Assembly (NCBI GenBank): GCA_040357565.1
Contig: JBDODJ010000012.1
Direction: 5' to 3' (one strand)
Origin: Cercozoa sp. M6MM
Taxonomy: Eukaryota > Protista > Endomyxa: Ascetosporea
Length of the DNA: 64,000 bases
Shown here: one piece after another, positions 36,736 to 51,388 of the stretch
Position numbering within the stretch: position 1 is the stretch's first letter
Layout: each line of letters starts with the position of its first letter
Notes under the pieces: model-generated
Database searches by the model: none
Seen by the model: the letters and a program-made list of their open reading frames with translations, nothing else
Told to the model about the DNA's origin: nothing
Made by a program: the position numbers and the translations under genes

Positions 36736-39700
36736 ATGCAAGCTCACGTAGACAAGCTCAAGCTTTTGTACCGCAAGCACACATGTGCTGCCAGTGTCGT
36801 CGGTGGTCGAGTGTACAATTGTTACTGTAGTATATTTTCTCAACACGGCACCTTCAGCCTTCGCCTTGGGAGAGCAGGCACGACGCAAAGCACTTATCGC
36901 TGACCTTCTCGCAGAACGACCTCGCACGAGACCAGCGACCCGTGTCGCAACTGCATTACACGGCAACTGATGCCGAGTGGACGCGCCTCGACGTGCCTGC
37001 TGTCTACGTGGATCGTAAACATTCCTCCTCCCTCACCCACAGGCACCACAGGCAGTGAGCGCGCAACTTACTCGAGCAGGCAGTGCGAAATTGGTGTCGA
37101 CACATGATTCACTCGGACTGTACCTCAAGTCGCACAAGAACGTAGCCTCCTTGCTGTCCTTTGTGTGTTTGCGGAATACCAAGTGAATGGAGTTGCACAG
37201 AAGGACATCGAGGAGACCTGGCTGGACGTTGTTGAGCTCGCCACGGGTCACATCGTGTCTAGTGTACACCGATCACTGTTCTCTGTCCGCGCGGAAGGCA
37301 CTGTGTATGTGTGTGTATGACCAGACACGAGCCAAGACGGCACACGGCAAGATTCTCGCCAACGATCCTTTCGGCACGCCGTCGTTCTCGCCGTAGCCAC
37401 CTCACTTTCTTACCCCCCTGTTTACCCCCCCCCCTTGTTTGTTCCCTTACCTCCATGTGGCAGGTGTGGCACCAAGGTTGTCTACGTTGCCGAGAAGGTA
37501 GATCCTTACCCTATATCGATACCCCTTTTATCGCTTGTCCCCTCAGGCAGCAGGCAAGTCGCGCGAGTTCTTCAACGTGCAGGACGACTGGGACGTCATT
37601 CTCGAGGGTAGGCGCTGACCCTTCCCTTACCCCTGACCCCCTTTACCTCCATTTACCTCCTCCGACAGACAAGGACGACGACAGCAAGAGCGCGGAAAAC
37701 GAGAAACTCGGCGAGTCGTTTTTATTCGAGGTGCCTCGATTTTCTTCCTTTACCCCCCTTTATCCTCTTTACCTCCTTTACTCACCTACCTCCTTTCCTC
37801 ATTACCCCCTCCTTCGACAGGACGACTACGGCGAGCTGTTGGTCGATGTGCGCTGTCCTCGTGTGTGCGTTTCACTTTGCTTCTGTTTACCTCCTGCTCA
37901 CCCTCCTATTGTCCCCCCCCCCCCCCATTTACCCCGTATTTACCCCCTCCCCCATTTACCCCCCTATTTACCCCTCGTTACCCTTCACCCTTTATCCCAT
38001 TACCCCTTTATCCCATTACCCCTTTACCCCCTTTACCCCCTCCCCCAGGTACGTGTTGCACCTGGAGTCGAAGCGCGTGACGCCACTGTCGTCGCCGTCG
38101 CTGCACTCGGCCTTTGCGCCGGTGTTCGCACCGTGCGGCACTCGGGTAGGTGTCCCGTCAAACTGACGGTGTGTGACTGACTGATTGACTGACTGACGGT
38201 GTGTGACTGACCGACTGACTGAGCGTGACACGTGCGCAGGTGGTGTACTGCGCTACACCCGAGCACCCGCGTCGCTTCGGACTGCGTTTCTACAGCGTGC
38301 GTCCGACGCAGCTCGTCGTGTCGCCCGTCGGTTCTGGCGTTCGCGCGGAAACTAGCAGTGTCCGCGCGGATGAGCAGCAGCACACAGTGCTGACTCCTGA
38401 CCTGTACTGCTGCTCGCGGCCGTCCTTCTCGCCGGACGGCTCTGTACGCTGCTGTTTGCCCCTCCCATTTACCCCGTTTACCCCCCCTGTTTACCCCCTC
38501 CCCCAGCAACTGACGTTTCTCTGCTCGCCGGAGGAAGACTGGCACCGTACGTGTTGTTTTAACCCCCCCTTAACTCCTTTACCCCACCTTTACCCCTCTT
38601 ACCCCCTTCCCCCGCAGACTGGACGACGAAGGAGCTGCGCGCGATGCAGTGGTCGAACAATGCCGACGGCAACTCGAACGTTTTGGTTCCGTTGGTGTAC
38701 AAGGTGGGGATTCCTTTTACCCTCCTTACTTCCCTCTTTATCCCCCCCCCCCCCGTTTACCCTCCTGTTCCTACTTGTTTACCGCTTCTCTGTTTACCCC
38801 CTTCTCTGTTTACCCCCCTTCTCTGTTTACTTCCCTTCTCTGTTTACCCCCGTTTACCCCTCCCCGTGTGCAGGCCAAGCCAGGCGAGTTTCCGGGACTG
38901 TACCCAGCGTACTTTCCTGCCAATGCCAGCTGGATCGACACCCACACCATGCTGTAGCTTGTCTTGCTTTTACCCCCTCTACTCTCACCCCCTCTTACCC
39001 TCCCCGTCTAGTGTCACGACACAGTGGAACTCAGAGACGGCACTCGTACTCATCGACACTGTGACTGGTGTTACCCCCTCCCCTACCTCCCTGTAGCCTG
39101 TACCTTTACCCCCTCCCCCGATGCGTGTGTGTGTGTGTGTGCAGGCAAAGTCACGCGAGTGGCGTCGCCGGTGAAGAACGGAAGCGCCGCCATTCTGCAC
39201 CTCAACTCGGCGGCCCGTACCTTCTCTGGCTTTAGCCCCTGTTTACCCCTCTGTTTACCTCCCCCCCCCTGTTTACCCCTCGGTAGGGACGGCACTGGTG
39301 TCGTTCTCGTCGCACGCGCACAGCGGCAGTGTCTACACGATCGACCACGTGGGCACACTGCGACTGGTGCGATCGGGTGCACCGACAGAGACCGTCATGC
39401 GACTGATCGATCACACCGTCAGTGAGAGCGATCAGTGGTTCCAGTCCGTCCTGCTGACGCGGCCTGGGCAGGCGCGACCGGTGCTGCTGTATCTGCACGG
39501 CGGGCCTCACTCCGGTTTCTACCCCTCTCTTACCCCTTCCCCTTTGCCCCCTCTTATCTTTCTCTTACCCCTTATCCCTTTACCCCCCCCCCCCCAACAG
39601 CAATCACAACGGCACACGCCAAGTCGTTCGAAGAGCTGCTGGAGCTTGGTGCAGACTCTTACCCCCTTGCCCCTACTCCCCTTTTACCTCCCTATTACAC

Positions 39701-40905
39701 CCTCTACCTCCTCCCCAGGCTACGACCTGGTGTGTGTCAACTACCGCGGCAGTATTGGCTTCGGTCACGAGTGTTTGGCCTCTCTGCCGGGTACTATCCC
39801 TCTGCCCCCACCCCGTGTTACCCCTCTTACCCCCAACCCTAGGCAAAATCGGCGAGCAGGACGTGAGCGACTGCGTGGCGGCACTGGAGCACTGCGCCGC
39901 CTTGCACCTTGGCAAGGAGGTCGACGAGGATCTGGCCACCTGGGCTGCTCGGTATGTGTCTACTTTTACCCCCCCCCCCCCCACCCCTCCCTGTATTTTC
40001 TTTACCCCCCCGGCAGACGAGGTGTTGGCGTGTTTGGCGGAAGCCACGGCGGTTTTCTCACTTTGCACCTGCTCGGGCAGCACGCCTCCTTGTTCCGGTA
40101 CTTAATCCCTCCCTTTATCGCTTTACCCCTCCCGTTACCCCTTACCCGGCAGAGCGGGCGTGGCGCTTAACCCGGTAGCCGACATGGCGGCGATGTCGGC
40201 GCACACCGACATTCCGGACTGGGTGCAGTTCGAGGCCACTGGCAAGCCTGGTATGTTAGCCCCCCCCCCCGCCACCTCCTCTTTACCCCACCTCTCTTCT
40301 TTACCCTACCCCTCCCTTTTACCCCCTACCACCGCCTGGTGTCTCAGGAAACGTGCATCCGACGTCTGCGGATTTTGCGCGCTTCCATGCACAATCGCCC
40401 GTAGCCTCATCCCCTTTACCCCGCCTTCTTGCCCCCTTTACCCCCACCTTCTTGCCCCCTTTACCCCCACCTTCTTGCCCCCTTTACCCCTCCTCCAACA
40501 GGCAGCGCACTCGAACAAGGTGGTGTCACCTACGCTCTTGCTGCTCGGCGGCTCTGACCGGCGCGTTCCTTTCCCAGGTACTGGACTAGCTTGTTTATGG
40601 CAGGTCTGTATCTACCTGCTACCTGTATCTGTGTCTATATCCGGGGGTGCACACTGCAGGTGCTCTGGCCTACCGCAATCGCTTGCGTGCACGTGGTGTG
40701 GAGTGCAGGTAAATAATTGCCTTGTATGCATGTAATGTTATATATATGTATGGACAGAACGCACTTCTACGCCACGATGACGCACGGACTGCGCGATGTC
40801 GTGGCACAGCAGGCCGACGTCGACCTAAACAAACTGCTGTGGCTCGAGCGACACGTGCGCCGCGTCGACGCACTCGCTCCGGCCGACTCTTCCGATTCGA
40901 ACTGA
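36736..40905 (+). CDS. APEH: acylaminoacyl peptidase (S9C, acylamino-acid-releasing enzyme)
   Basis: LYLHGGPHS, YDLVCVNYRGSIGFG, GEQDVSDC, VFGGSHGGFL (catalytic Ser), LNPVADM..TDIPDW, GGSDRRVP (Asp) and THGL (His). Roughly 30 introns. Confidence 0.9.
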
Positions 40906-41099
40906 CCCGTGAAAACTGAAGCGAACTCGAACTTGGTCTGCCGACTCTACGCTAACTAGATTGTAGTCAAGTACCATACGATGATATGTCTGGCAGCCTT
41001 CACTCAGTTATATCGATTCATCAATCACGTCATGCCGTGCGATGGAAACGCACGGGCGGTCCGCGCCGGTACGCGCGCTTTTTTGTAAAGCACGGCCTC

Positions 41100-42540
41100 G
41101 ATTGCATCCAAAAAGGCCGTGTCACCGACGTAGGTCACAACTAACCATAACAACCATCACCCCCCAACAAGCTAAATTAGAGGCAGGCTTCTTTGTTTTT
41201 GAACAGAGTTACCGCACTGTGCGAGCCAGTGGCAATCGCGACGAAGCGTCTGTTCGGCACTCACTTGAACGGCACGAGCACAGTGTGCCAGCTGTCAAGA
41301 CCACTCTTCTGATTCGTTGATTGATGCCGAGAGGTGTGCTTAAGAAAGAAACGTACGTGTGTCCGGGCATTTCTCAGTGCCACTCGAAGGTCTTTGGCGC
41401 ACCGTCTGTACCGTAGACTTACACCCCACTTCTTCTAAAAAGTACACACGAAGAGCACCGAAACAAACGGCGTCGTGGGAGAGCAGTCGTCACATCGGAT
41501 GCTGTACCGGCACTGTGTTGCACCAGTGTGCACAACACACGAGTGTCCTACCCACAAATGATTGACACTGCTACCTCTACTTCTATCACCATTGGTACTG
41601 CGTACCATTGGCAAAGCATGGCGCCGCAAAAAGAAGGCAAAGAGCGAATCGTCATTGCATCGCACCGAGGCACTCAAGTGACGCAGCAGAATGTTCAGAT
41701 CCTATTGCGTAGGGCAGCGTTGCTTGAAAGGGTCAAAGTATATTACTGAATAAAGTGACTAAGTTTACAGCAGCACCGAAGAGAGCTATCGCGTCAAACA
41801 AAAAATCGTCGCTGCCACACATTCGATCTGCCAGTGCGCCAAGCACTTTGAGCAGTCTGTAAACTTACAGTGTACGAGGAGCGCAGAAGCGCAATTTTAC
41901 AAGTAAAACGTAGTAACGTACTTGTTGTTCACAGCGTCATGCAACAGTTCACGCAGTGGGTACGGCGCCTCTTGACTGCAACCACGGTCATTTGGCTAGT
42001 TCCTTCTGCTGGAAGACAAAAAGTGTACCAGACCTTGCTCACACCCAGCTGCTGCAACAACTGTACAGCACGTTCTTCATCTCCCTATGAGCAAAATACA
42101 GATATGATTTGTTCCTTTAGCTCCTTTCAACGTGTCCAACACCACAGAGTGAGTACATCTTTGACTGCGGTGCGACATTGAATTGAACGTGACCTGCGCG
42201 ACACTGCCACCGCTTTCAATGCGATAGTTTCGCGTACACAACTCGACGCGTGTCTTTTCTGTGTCTATGGTTTAGATAGGTGATCGAGCTATTCAGGAGC
42301 ACCCTCCTCGCTACTCAAATTAAAGTTTGAACGGAACCTGTTCAACACGAGGGCTTTTTTCGCGAGACACGATCTGAGCGTGCTTTGCCGCAGAGATTAA
42401 TGACCGATCTGGTGGCTGTTGGAGCATCTCAGTACTATACACTGGATGTTGTACTGTATGTATGTACAAGTGCTCAGGTTCGGCGATCCAAGGTTTGGTA
42501 TTTACCGATCCCTTAAATATAGCCACCTTGGAACATAATT
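41100..42540 (-). CDS. hypothetical multi-exon protein
   Basis: Coding-like exons between GT-AG signals, e.g. NHICILLIGDEERAVQLLQQLG, YPLRELLHDAVNN and LLKVLGALADRMCGSDDFLFDAIALF. Ends not resolved. Confidence 0.35.
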
Positions 42541-42773
42541 GGCCTCAACACGCAGTAGCGTAGGTGCCCATCGTGTCACAGCAGTTGTGTTGTGCCTCTC
42601 GTAGTTTTCGTAGGTCGTTTTCTTGTTTGTTCGTCGAGCTGGTCTTTTCGTGGTGTTTTGTGGTTTTTCCTCTGCTTCCTCCGCGTGGATGCTTTTTGTT
42701 TCAAAAATACGCTGAGATTTGAAGAGCAGGAGAAACGAAAATGTGTATTGTGTTGTGTGGGTGCAGGCGGAAG

Positions 42774-45422
42774 ATGAGCAACGAGTTCACGGGCCGCACG
42801 AAGCTTGGCCAGCTGGCCAAGGACCCGGCCAAGCTGGCGCGCTTCCAGCGACAACAGGAGCTCAAGGTGCGTCGTTTCCTTGCCAAACATTTGCCTGCCT
42901 TAGCTCTTTTATCTGTTCATCAATTTATCTTCTTGCTTGTTCCCTATTGCAGAAGCGCATCATGTCCGGTGAAGTCGTCACGCAGCCATTGCCGCAGTTC
43001 AAAACGCGCGTATCCTTGACTCTCAATTCTCTGCTCGGACCTGTCCACTTTGGACGCTTGTCTGCCTCTGTCGTTCAAATGTACAGGCTGAGCGACCGGC
43101 GCGTCCGTCGCGCCCGGCACGTCGACAGGGCGACAAGCCGCGACAGACCAACGATGTACAGCACAGCACATACACTCTCCGTTCCCTCTTTTTCAGGACA
43201 GATGATGATGCGCACAGACCGACCTGGTGGGCGACTACAACATCTGGTACCACAAGTACCCGACACGCCGCGAGAACATTGGCGAGCGCAAGCCGGCCGA
43301 GACGCGCGTTGACATCTCACGCGACAGTGGTGCGATTCCCCACCCTCATCCGCTCCCTACCTGTATGTTTGCACCTGGGTGTAGGTTTCACCAAGGCGGA
43401 CGACAGCAAGCGCTACTTGCCGCTGTGTCTCTTCTTTGCCCGCGGGTACTTCTCTCTATCTTTCTGTGCCCCAACTGTACTTTCTATGTGCGTCCGTGAG
43501 TGTGCATGTATACGGTGTGTGCAGATGCTGCTGGAAGGGTTCCCAGTGCGTGTTTCACCACCGCGCGCCGTGCCTCTGGGACGAGCAGAGTATGGTACAG
43601 CCCCCTTTAAACCTCCCTTCCTTTCCCTTTGTTCCGACTCTTCTCATGTCATCAGCCACAAACGCACGACTGCTTTGGCCGCGAACGTTGGAACGACCAC
43701 CGTGATGACATGGGGTAGCCTGCCTCCTCACTTCACCCCGCCCCTTTGCCCCCTTGTTACACCTGTCCCGTTGCTGTGCAGTGGCGTCGGTGCACTGAAC
43801 CAGGAGAACCGAACGTTGTACGTTGGTGCTATTGGACAGCCGCAACCTGAGGTAGCACGCACGCCAAATGTAAATAGATTCATGCAAATGTATGTGTATG
43901 TGTGCCGTAGGACAACCTCGGCTGGGACGACATTGAGGCGCGTATTAAGGAGGAAATGGTAATTCATTTTCAGAACGGCACTGTACTGCTTGTGCTATGC
44001 GCGTGTGACCCCGCAGGAGGATTTCGGACCCACCGAGTACTGCCGCGTCATCAAGCACCTGGTGCCTAGTGTCTTATGCTCCTCTGTGTCCCCATGCACC
44101 TAAACGAATGCACGTCTGACAGGGCATTGCGTTCGTGCGATTCCGCTGGCGTGCGAGCGCCGAGTTCGCTAAGCAGGTGCCTTTTGATCCGCGTGTGTCT
44201 GTGTGTCTGTGTGTCTGTGTCTGTGTGTGTGTGTGTGTGTGTGTGCGTGTGTGTGTGTGTCTGTGTGTGTCTGTGTGTGTGCATGTGGGTGAACGTTGAC
44301 AGGCCATGGCCGGCCAGTCTCTGCATGGCATTCGGTCGTGCCTCAACGTGCGCTGGGCCTACGACGACCCGAACCCGCGCGCGCGTGAGCAAGAGGGTGC
44401 TTTCTCTTTGTTGTTTGGACTCTGCTCTGTGTACATCATTGTTTTCCTCGTAGAGCAACGCAAGCGTTCGCTCGTGGCACAGGTGCCCTTTTTCTGCTTT
44501 GTCCTTTCAATCCCGACTGTGTGCATTACAGTGTCTTGTTGTTGTTGTCCCTGCCGGTAGGCACTTGCGCTTAAGGCGGCCCGCGACGGCGTCAAGCTCG
44601 ACGCAGAGGCACGTCGAGCCGCCAAGAAACTCATCGGGTACACCCTCTCCTCCTCATGTGCTTGTGTGTCTGACGTGTGGCACGACAGACCGGCTCTGCA
44701 CACGATCGAGCGCAAGTTGATGGAGCAGCGCGAGGATGTTATGGCTCTCTCACAGGTATAGCCAGCTCCATGTGTTCTGTGGTCAGAGTAGTACACATTC
44801 ATGTGAGATGCTGCTGTTGTATCCGAGCAGACGCAGTTGACACAGACGGCGGCGTTGGTGTCGTTGCCGCCTTCGTTGGCTGTGGTACGCATGTATTCCC
44901 ACCCAACATGTTTGTCTGTTTGAGTATGATGTGCCCTCCCTGACTGTGCAGCAGCAGCAGCAGCAGCAGCAACTGGCGATCGCTGCGGCACCTCCTGGAT
45001 TGGTATCCATGTTCAAGAGATTACCCTCTATCCGTGCATGTAAGTGTGTATTTGTGTGCTGCAGTCAATGCCACCCGGCCTTAAGCGTCGCCTGCCCGAG
45101 CCAGAGCAGGTGCAGATGAACACGGCCAAGATCGCCGAGTTCTCCGCTCCCGCTGGTACACTGGCCCGTGCTTTGTTCTGTGCTTTGTTCTACTCCCGTA
45201 CTTGCGTATCGACAGGGGAGGAGCACGAGCAACAGCCTGTCCCCGAACAGAGCACGAGCGTTGCGGAGGAGGACGAGGTGCCTCCTCCCTGCCTGTTTGT
45301 GATATCCCGTGTCCTTTTGGATTTGGCCCGATACCGTTCTTATCCATGTGTAGGAATCGCAAGAACCCGCCAGGAAAAAGGCGCGCATCGCCGTGCCACT
45401 CGTGAAGAAGCACGCCGCGTAG
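42774..45422 (+). CDS. CWC2: pre-mRNA splicing factor Cwc2 (Torus/CCCH + RRM)
   Basis: DYNIWYHKY...ETRVDISRDSGFTKAD..LCLFFARGCCWKGSQCVFHHRAP..DCFGRERWNDHRDDMGGVG..NRTLYVG..AFVRF..AEFAKQAM..LNVRWAYDDPNP. Confidence 0.93.
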
Positions 45423-45775
45423 ACGCACACAGAGCAAAACGAGAGTGTGCCACGATTAACCCGATCGTATAGTAGCTGAATAGAGTGTCTCAAACTTTGC
45501 GTTGTCCGCCACCCGACGGCACCCGATTGACCAACGGAGCCGCGCTCCTGCAGCTATTCAAATCACGTGCGCCGAGTTCGGAGCCGACGCGACCGCTGTT
45601 CCTACCGTGCTTCGCTTTGCTAACGTATACGTAGTAAACCGTACGTATATACGTACTAGTACGAGTAGGTTCTGTGAGTACTAGTAGATTCGGATAACGT
45701 TCGGTAAACTAAATTATATTTACGCTCTACGCTAAGTAAAATTAGTATTCGGCTCGCGCCATCCGATCGGGAAAA

Positions 45776-46240
45776 CTACTTGCCGGCCTGCACACGAGCC
45801 ACAGCGAGCTGCAGCCACTGCTGCGATTCCGGCGACTGCGCCGATGGAACACCAACACATTATGAGAGACTCAATTTACACGAGGCAGCAAGAATATGGT
45901 ACGAGGGACTGAGCGGCTTGTTGGACGGCAGCTTCATTCTGCAGCAGCGACTTGAGCATCTCGCGAATCTGCGCATTCAGGTATGCCGAGTGACCATACA
46001 CAGATACACAAACACATGCAGGGGGAGCATAGACGGAGTGATACAGCGCCGACGTGGTCCGCGAACACGTGCTCACTGAGTGGCAGTTCTCCCTGCTCGA
46101 GCTGCGCCGCCGGACTACTGTGCATGATGCCAAAGCCAAGCACGGCCAGCCACTGCGGCAGCAACGACGCCTCGTGCAGCGGCAGGACCCTACAAGGCAA
46201 GGGTCGTGTGCGTGTGTGTGTGTGTGTGTGNNNNNNNNNN

Positions 46241-46291
<51 letters not shown>

Positions 46292-47545
46292 TGTGTGTGT
46301 GTGCAACAGGGAACAGTACTGCTGCTGTGCCAGTTCGACGAGAGCGCTGAAACACTCGCGATTGTCCAGAGCACTCTCGGCCGGCAGCGAGGCAAAGAAA
46401 GGTTGCAACTACAATACACGGACATTACACACATACCCAGGGAACGGGGTAAGCTGCAAGGAGACAACACTACCAGACTCGACACGTTCGGCTTGGATCG
46501 GTGCTTCTTGAGCATCTGCTCACACAGGGGGTACAAGGAAGTACAAGGGAGTATAAGGAGTGTCTGGGGTATGACTTACCGTGGCAGCGGCAGCGAGAGC
46601 GGCATCGTGCGCCTCCTGTTCGAATGCCTCCGTCTCCAACGACACCGAGAGCTCCGTTCCGACCACGCGCACCAGATCTGACCGTACGGGCTAGTGTGCG
46701 AAATAAAGGCACAAAGGGGTAGGGTAGGTACCATTGATAGGCAGCAGCTTGGCCGGCACCACACCTATCGAACACACGTCAGATACAAACTAACCGGAAG
46801 TGGGGGGAGGGGAGGGGTAAGGGGTAAGGAGTACCCGACACGGCCTGCACGTAGCACTGCGCAGCACGGCGCAGTTCCGAGTGAGCGCCTAAGGTAAGGG
46901 GCAGGGAAGTAAGGGGCAAGAAGGTAGGGGTAAGGGGTAAGGGGATAGGGGTAAGGGTAAGTGCCAGTACCCGGACCAGCAACGTTCAGCAGCGGTGATA
47001 CGAGCTTCCGCGTGCCCTTGACAATGTCCTGCACGCACACATGTAGGGGTAAAAGGGGAAAGATGGTAAGGGTAAGGGGCAAAGGGGAGCGAAGCACCTT
47101 CTTGGCCGCAGGCGAAACCGCAGGCGACAGCAGCGGGTCGACGAACAAGAAGACACCCTGCGCGACGGCGTACGGGTCCTCGCGGAAGATGCTGTCCGCG
47201 TGGACACACCGAGTCAGTCCGTTAGGGCCAAGTCACTCAGATATCAATAGAGGTACCTGTCAGCCTTTTTGATTAGCATTTCGGCCAGCGGCACCAGTTT
47301 GCGCTGCCACGTCTTGAGCCACCGGTCGCCCACCTGGATTCCGGGGGAGGGGGGAGGGTAAAGGGGGCAAGGGAGATACAACAGGCAGTACCAGACTGAA
47401 CACAGTGTCGGACAACTGCACCGCCGTCGCCAGCACGGGGTTCTCCTGTATCGTGGCGGCGGGGGGGGGGGGGAAAGGGGTGGGGGGGAAAAGGGGATAA
47501 AGGGGGGGGGTAGAGAGAGAGAGCGAGAGAGCGAGAGAGCGAGAG

Positions 47546-47598
<53 letters not shown>

Positions 47599-49944
47599 CG
47601 CGCTCGTAGAACTCGTCAAGCTGCAGGTCCTCCTCCTGCAACACGTGAGGGAAGTAAAGGAGGATAAAGTATAGGCACGGCTAGGTACCTCATACGAGGT
47701 CTGTCCCTGACGCGTCTTGGCGAGCACCTTGAGCACCTCGTTTCGCATGTACAAGGCACTAAAACAGAGGGATGGGGGTAAAGGGTAAAGGGTAAAGGGA
47801 GTAGAAGGGGGTAAGCAGCAATTACCTGTCGATGGCCTCGTTGATCGTTTCGCCCACTTGCATCAGAACGCTCGAAGTCAGACCGGCCTGGGGTAAAGGT
47901 GATGGGGTAAGGTGGGGCGGGGTGGGCAAAACAAGTACCGGGTAGTAGCGCAGCAGGTCGCCAATGTTGCTCAACAAAGCGACGGTCACGTCGGCGTTTT
48001 GTTCCGACTGCAGGGGGAGGGGGTAAAGCAGACACGCTTGCTCATACAGACAGTGCCAGGCAGTAGCAGTACCTGGATACGCGACTTGAGCACGTTAAGG
48101 ATCTTGACAAAGTTCTCCTTGAGCACCTGTTCAAACCGAAGACTCCCTTCACTCAGACCCCCATAACACAGCGGTGTTTTAATTAAGGGGCTAGCAAAAC
48201 GGACCTTGTCGGGCGCCTGTGCTACGACGAGACAGTTGAACAACTCCGGCAGCACCTTGATCGAGCCCGTGCGGATCTAACATCAAGAGGGGGGAAGAGG
48301 AGGGGGTGAGAGGGCGAAAAGGAAGGGGAAGGGGTAGAGGCAACGTACATCGGCAGAGGAGACGTATTCAACGAGCGGAAGACACGAGGCCAGCAGCGGC
48401 GGCACCAGCGGCGCCATGGCCTGCTGCAGCGCCGTGTTCATCGCCATCTCCAACACCAGTCCTACTGCGTAGTTCTTGGCCTGCTCATGGCGTAGGGGTC
48501 GGGATAGGGTAGGAGTAAGGTTAGGCAGGGAAGGGATAAGGGAAGCACCTGCAGCAGCGAGTTGTTGAGCACGAGGCGACGCATGCCAACGCCCGGAATC
48601 TCCTGCTCGGCCACCAGGTAGCCTGGGGATAAAGGGAGGTAAGAGGCAGAGGGAAATAAGATGGTGGGTTAAAACACCATTGGCAGCATTGACGTGCTCC
48701 GGTACAGGCTCGTGCATCTCCAGCAACTGCGAGGCGTCCACCTATCAGGGTTTAAGGGGTAACGGGGGAGGGGCGAGGGTGTCACAGGATACCTGCATGG
48801 TGTCATTGAGCGCATTCATGACCTGCGGGAGGAAGGGCACAAAGTCGGCACCGAGCACCGTGGCCACGTGGCCTAGCAGTTGCTACGGGGGGGGGGGGGG
48901 GGGCCACGGCGAAAACCCGGGGGGGGGGGTAAGAACCTGTGCGTTGGGAATGTGCGCCACTTGGACCAGTTTCGGCAGCATCTGCAGCGCGTGCGGACGG
49001 AACAGCTCCGGCACACTCTAGGAGAAGGAGTAGGGGATAAGGGTGTCAAGGGAGAGGCTACGGACAAATTGAAATCCTACCTGACCAATGTAGCCAACGG
49101 CAAACATGGCCTGGTCACGCACACCGTCCTGCACGGGGGGGGGGGTAAAGGGACGAAAGGGGATACAACAGCGCCCACCTGCTCGGGATTGCCGGTCTCG
49201 TCGGCCATGGCGAGTTGCAGCAGCGTGGGTCCCGCCCTGCAAGGGGGAAAAGATGGGGTAAAGGGACAGAGGGGGTACAGGGGGCAGGCTACTGCTGGTA
49301 GAAGGCGCGCATGATAGCGTGCGCCTGCTGCGCAAAGGCGTAGAACGGGTGCGTCTCATCCTCGTCGACCTCCTCGACGATCTTGCTCGTCGACTGCGCG
49401 ATCGTCGCCGTGCAGCCCAGTGCTGTACGCATGCCAAGTGACACACACTCACAGACACCGACACACGTGTCCCCAGTGGCACCCACTCACCCGATCACTC
49501 ACAAGGTACCAGTGCGGCGTGCCAGCAGGTTGTACTCCGGCTTGCCGTTCTACCGGGGGGTAAGGGGTAAGAGGGTAAGGGGTAAGGGTAAGGGTTGGGA
49601 AGGGCGTAAAGACAAGGATACGTCGCGCTGCATGTGCTGCAGGAAGCAGCCGAGCAGGTCAGAGAAGTGGCGCACCACCTTGGTCTGACATACACAGGGG
49701 AGATACATACAGACAGGTCCATGTGACAAGGAAACAAGTCCATATGGACGGACAGTGTGTACCGCCGAGACACGGTCCAGTGTGATGCAGACGAGCGTGT
49801 CGATCATGGCGTGCACGCGGAAGTGGCGCGTCGAGTCCTGCATCAGCGGCAGACATCTCTCCAGGAAGGCGTCCACCTCGTCCTCGCCCAGCAGCGCCTC
49901 GTCGCACTGCACACGACAGTACTGTTACCCCACCCTTGCCCCGT

Positions 49945-49993
<49 letters not shown>

Positions 49994-51325
49994 NNNNNNN
50001 NNNACACACACACACACACACACAGACACACTCCTCCCTATCCCCTCCAGCCAGAGAGAATACTTGTGTGTACCTCGAGCAGCCACGACCGCATCTCGTT
50101 GGCCTGCGCACACACATTAGCACGGTGGATACCCTCCCTCGTACCCCTCCAAGGACAGATCACCTGCGCATTGCCGATCGCCGAGGCGACGCGACTGATC
50201 ACGGCGCCCTATATTAAAGGGTACATGTACACACAGGCGGGGGGGGGGATATAAGTTGCTACCAGCACAGCGAGAGCGCCCTGACGACGCTTCCAGTCAG
50301 CACTCTGCAGCTCTGAGTTGCACGGGGGGGGGGGGGGTAAGTCAGGAGGGTAGACGGGATGCATGCGAAGTACCCTGCTGCACACGCGGCAGCAGCACGG
50401 CCACCAGGCGTTCCTACAGGATGTGCAAGCATCAGTCTCAGACAGAGAGAGGTAGGAAAGGGACACAGGTGCGCTACCTCCGACAGAATGTCCGGCAGCT
50501 GGTTCGCGGCCTGGATGGCAAAGGCGATGCCGTCCTGCTCCGCATCGTTTTCGATGTCGTCAAACGTCAGCGTGTCGTCCTTCACAACAACATACACACA
50601 CATGCATACAAGGGAGTACGGGGCAAGGGATGACAGGGATAGAGATGTCAGGGATGGACAACAGGGGTACGTAGACAGCAGCGAACTCAAACACTAGCAG
50701 TGCCAGCGGGTCCTACACACATAAAGTGAACAAGCGTGTTTGCGTACACCTGACGACATTAAAAACCAACCGTCAGAGGCAACGCACGTGCCAGCTTGCG
50801 TTGCACACTCAGCAGTGTCAGGATGCTCTGTGCATACATACTCACATACATACACTCACCAAAACACAGAAGGGGGAGGGGGTAAACCTGATACGCACGT
50901 TGACGCGTGTCGCTTTCGATGTCCTGACGCTCCACCACCGACAGCACGGCACGCACGGCCTGTTCACGCGGATAGGTAAAGATACGACCCTCCGTACAGA
51001 CAGAGCACAACGACGCCTACCTGCTCGAGGTTGTTGGCGTTGCCAAAGACATCGGGCGCCGCATCGAACAGTTCGTTCAGTTCCGAGCACACCTGCACAC
51101 GTGCACACCGACAGGGAGAAGGTAGGGTAGGGGGAAACAGAGGGGAGGGACCAATACCTGCGCGGCAAAGTCCTCATCCTTGGCGTCCACCAGGGCCTGT
51201 GAGAGCGGGTAGGGTGGCAAGGGACAAGGGGCAGGACAAGGGCAAGAGAATGTTGCTACCTGCAGCGACGCCGCGATTAGCGGATGCAGCACCACAAGAT
51301 CCGGCTGCACACAAACACACATATA

Positions 51326-51388
<63 letters not shown>

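Noticed and set aside
46890-49600. True telomere or canonical interstitial TTAGGG array
   Set aside because: Units are irregular TAAGGG(G) variants confined to introns of an intact gene.
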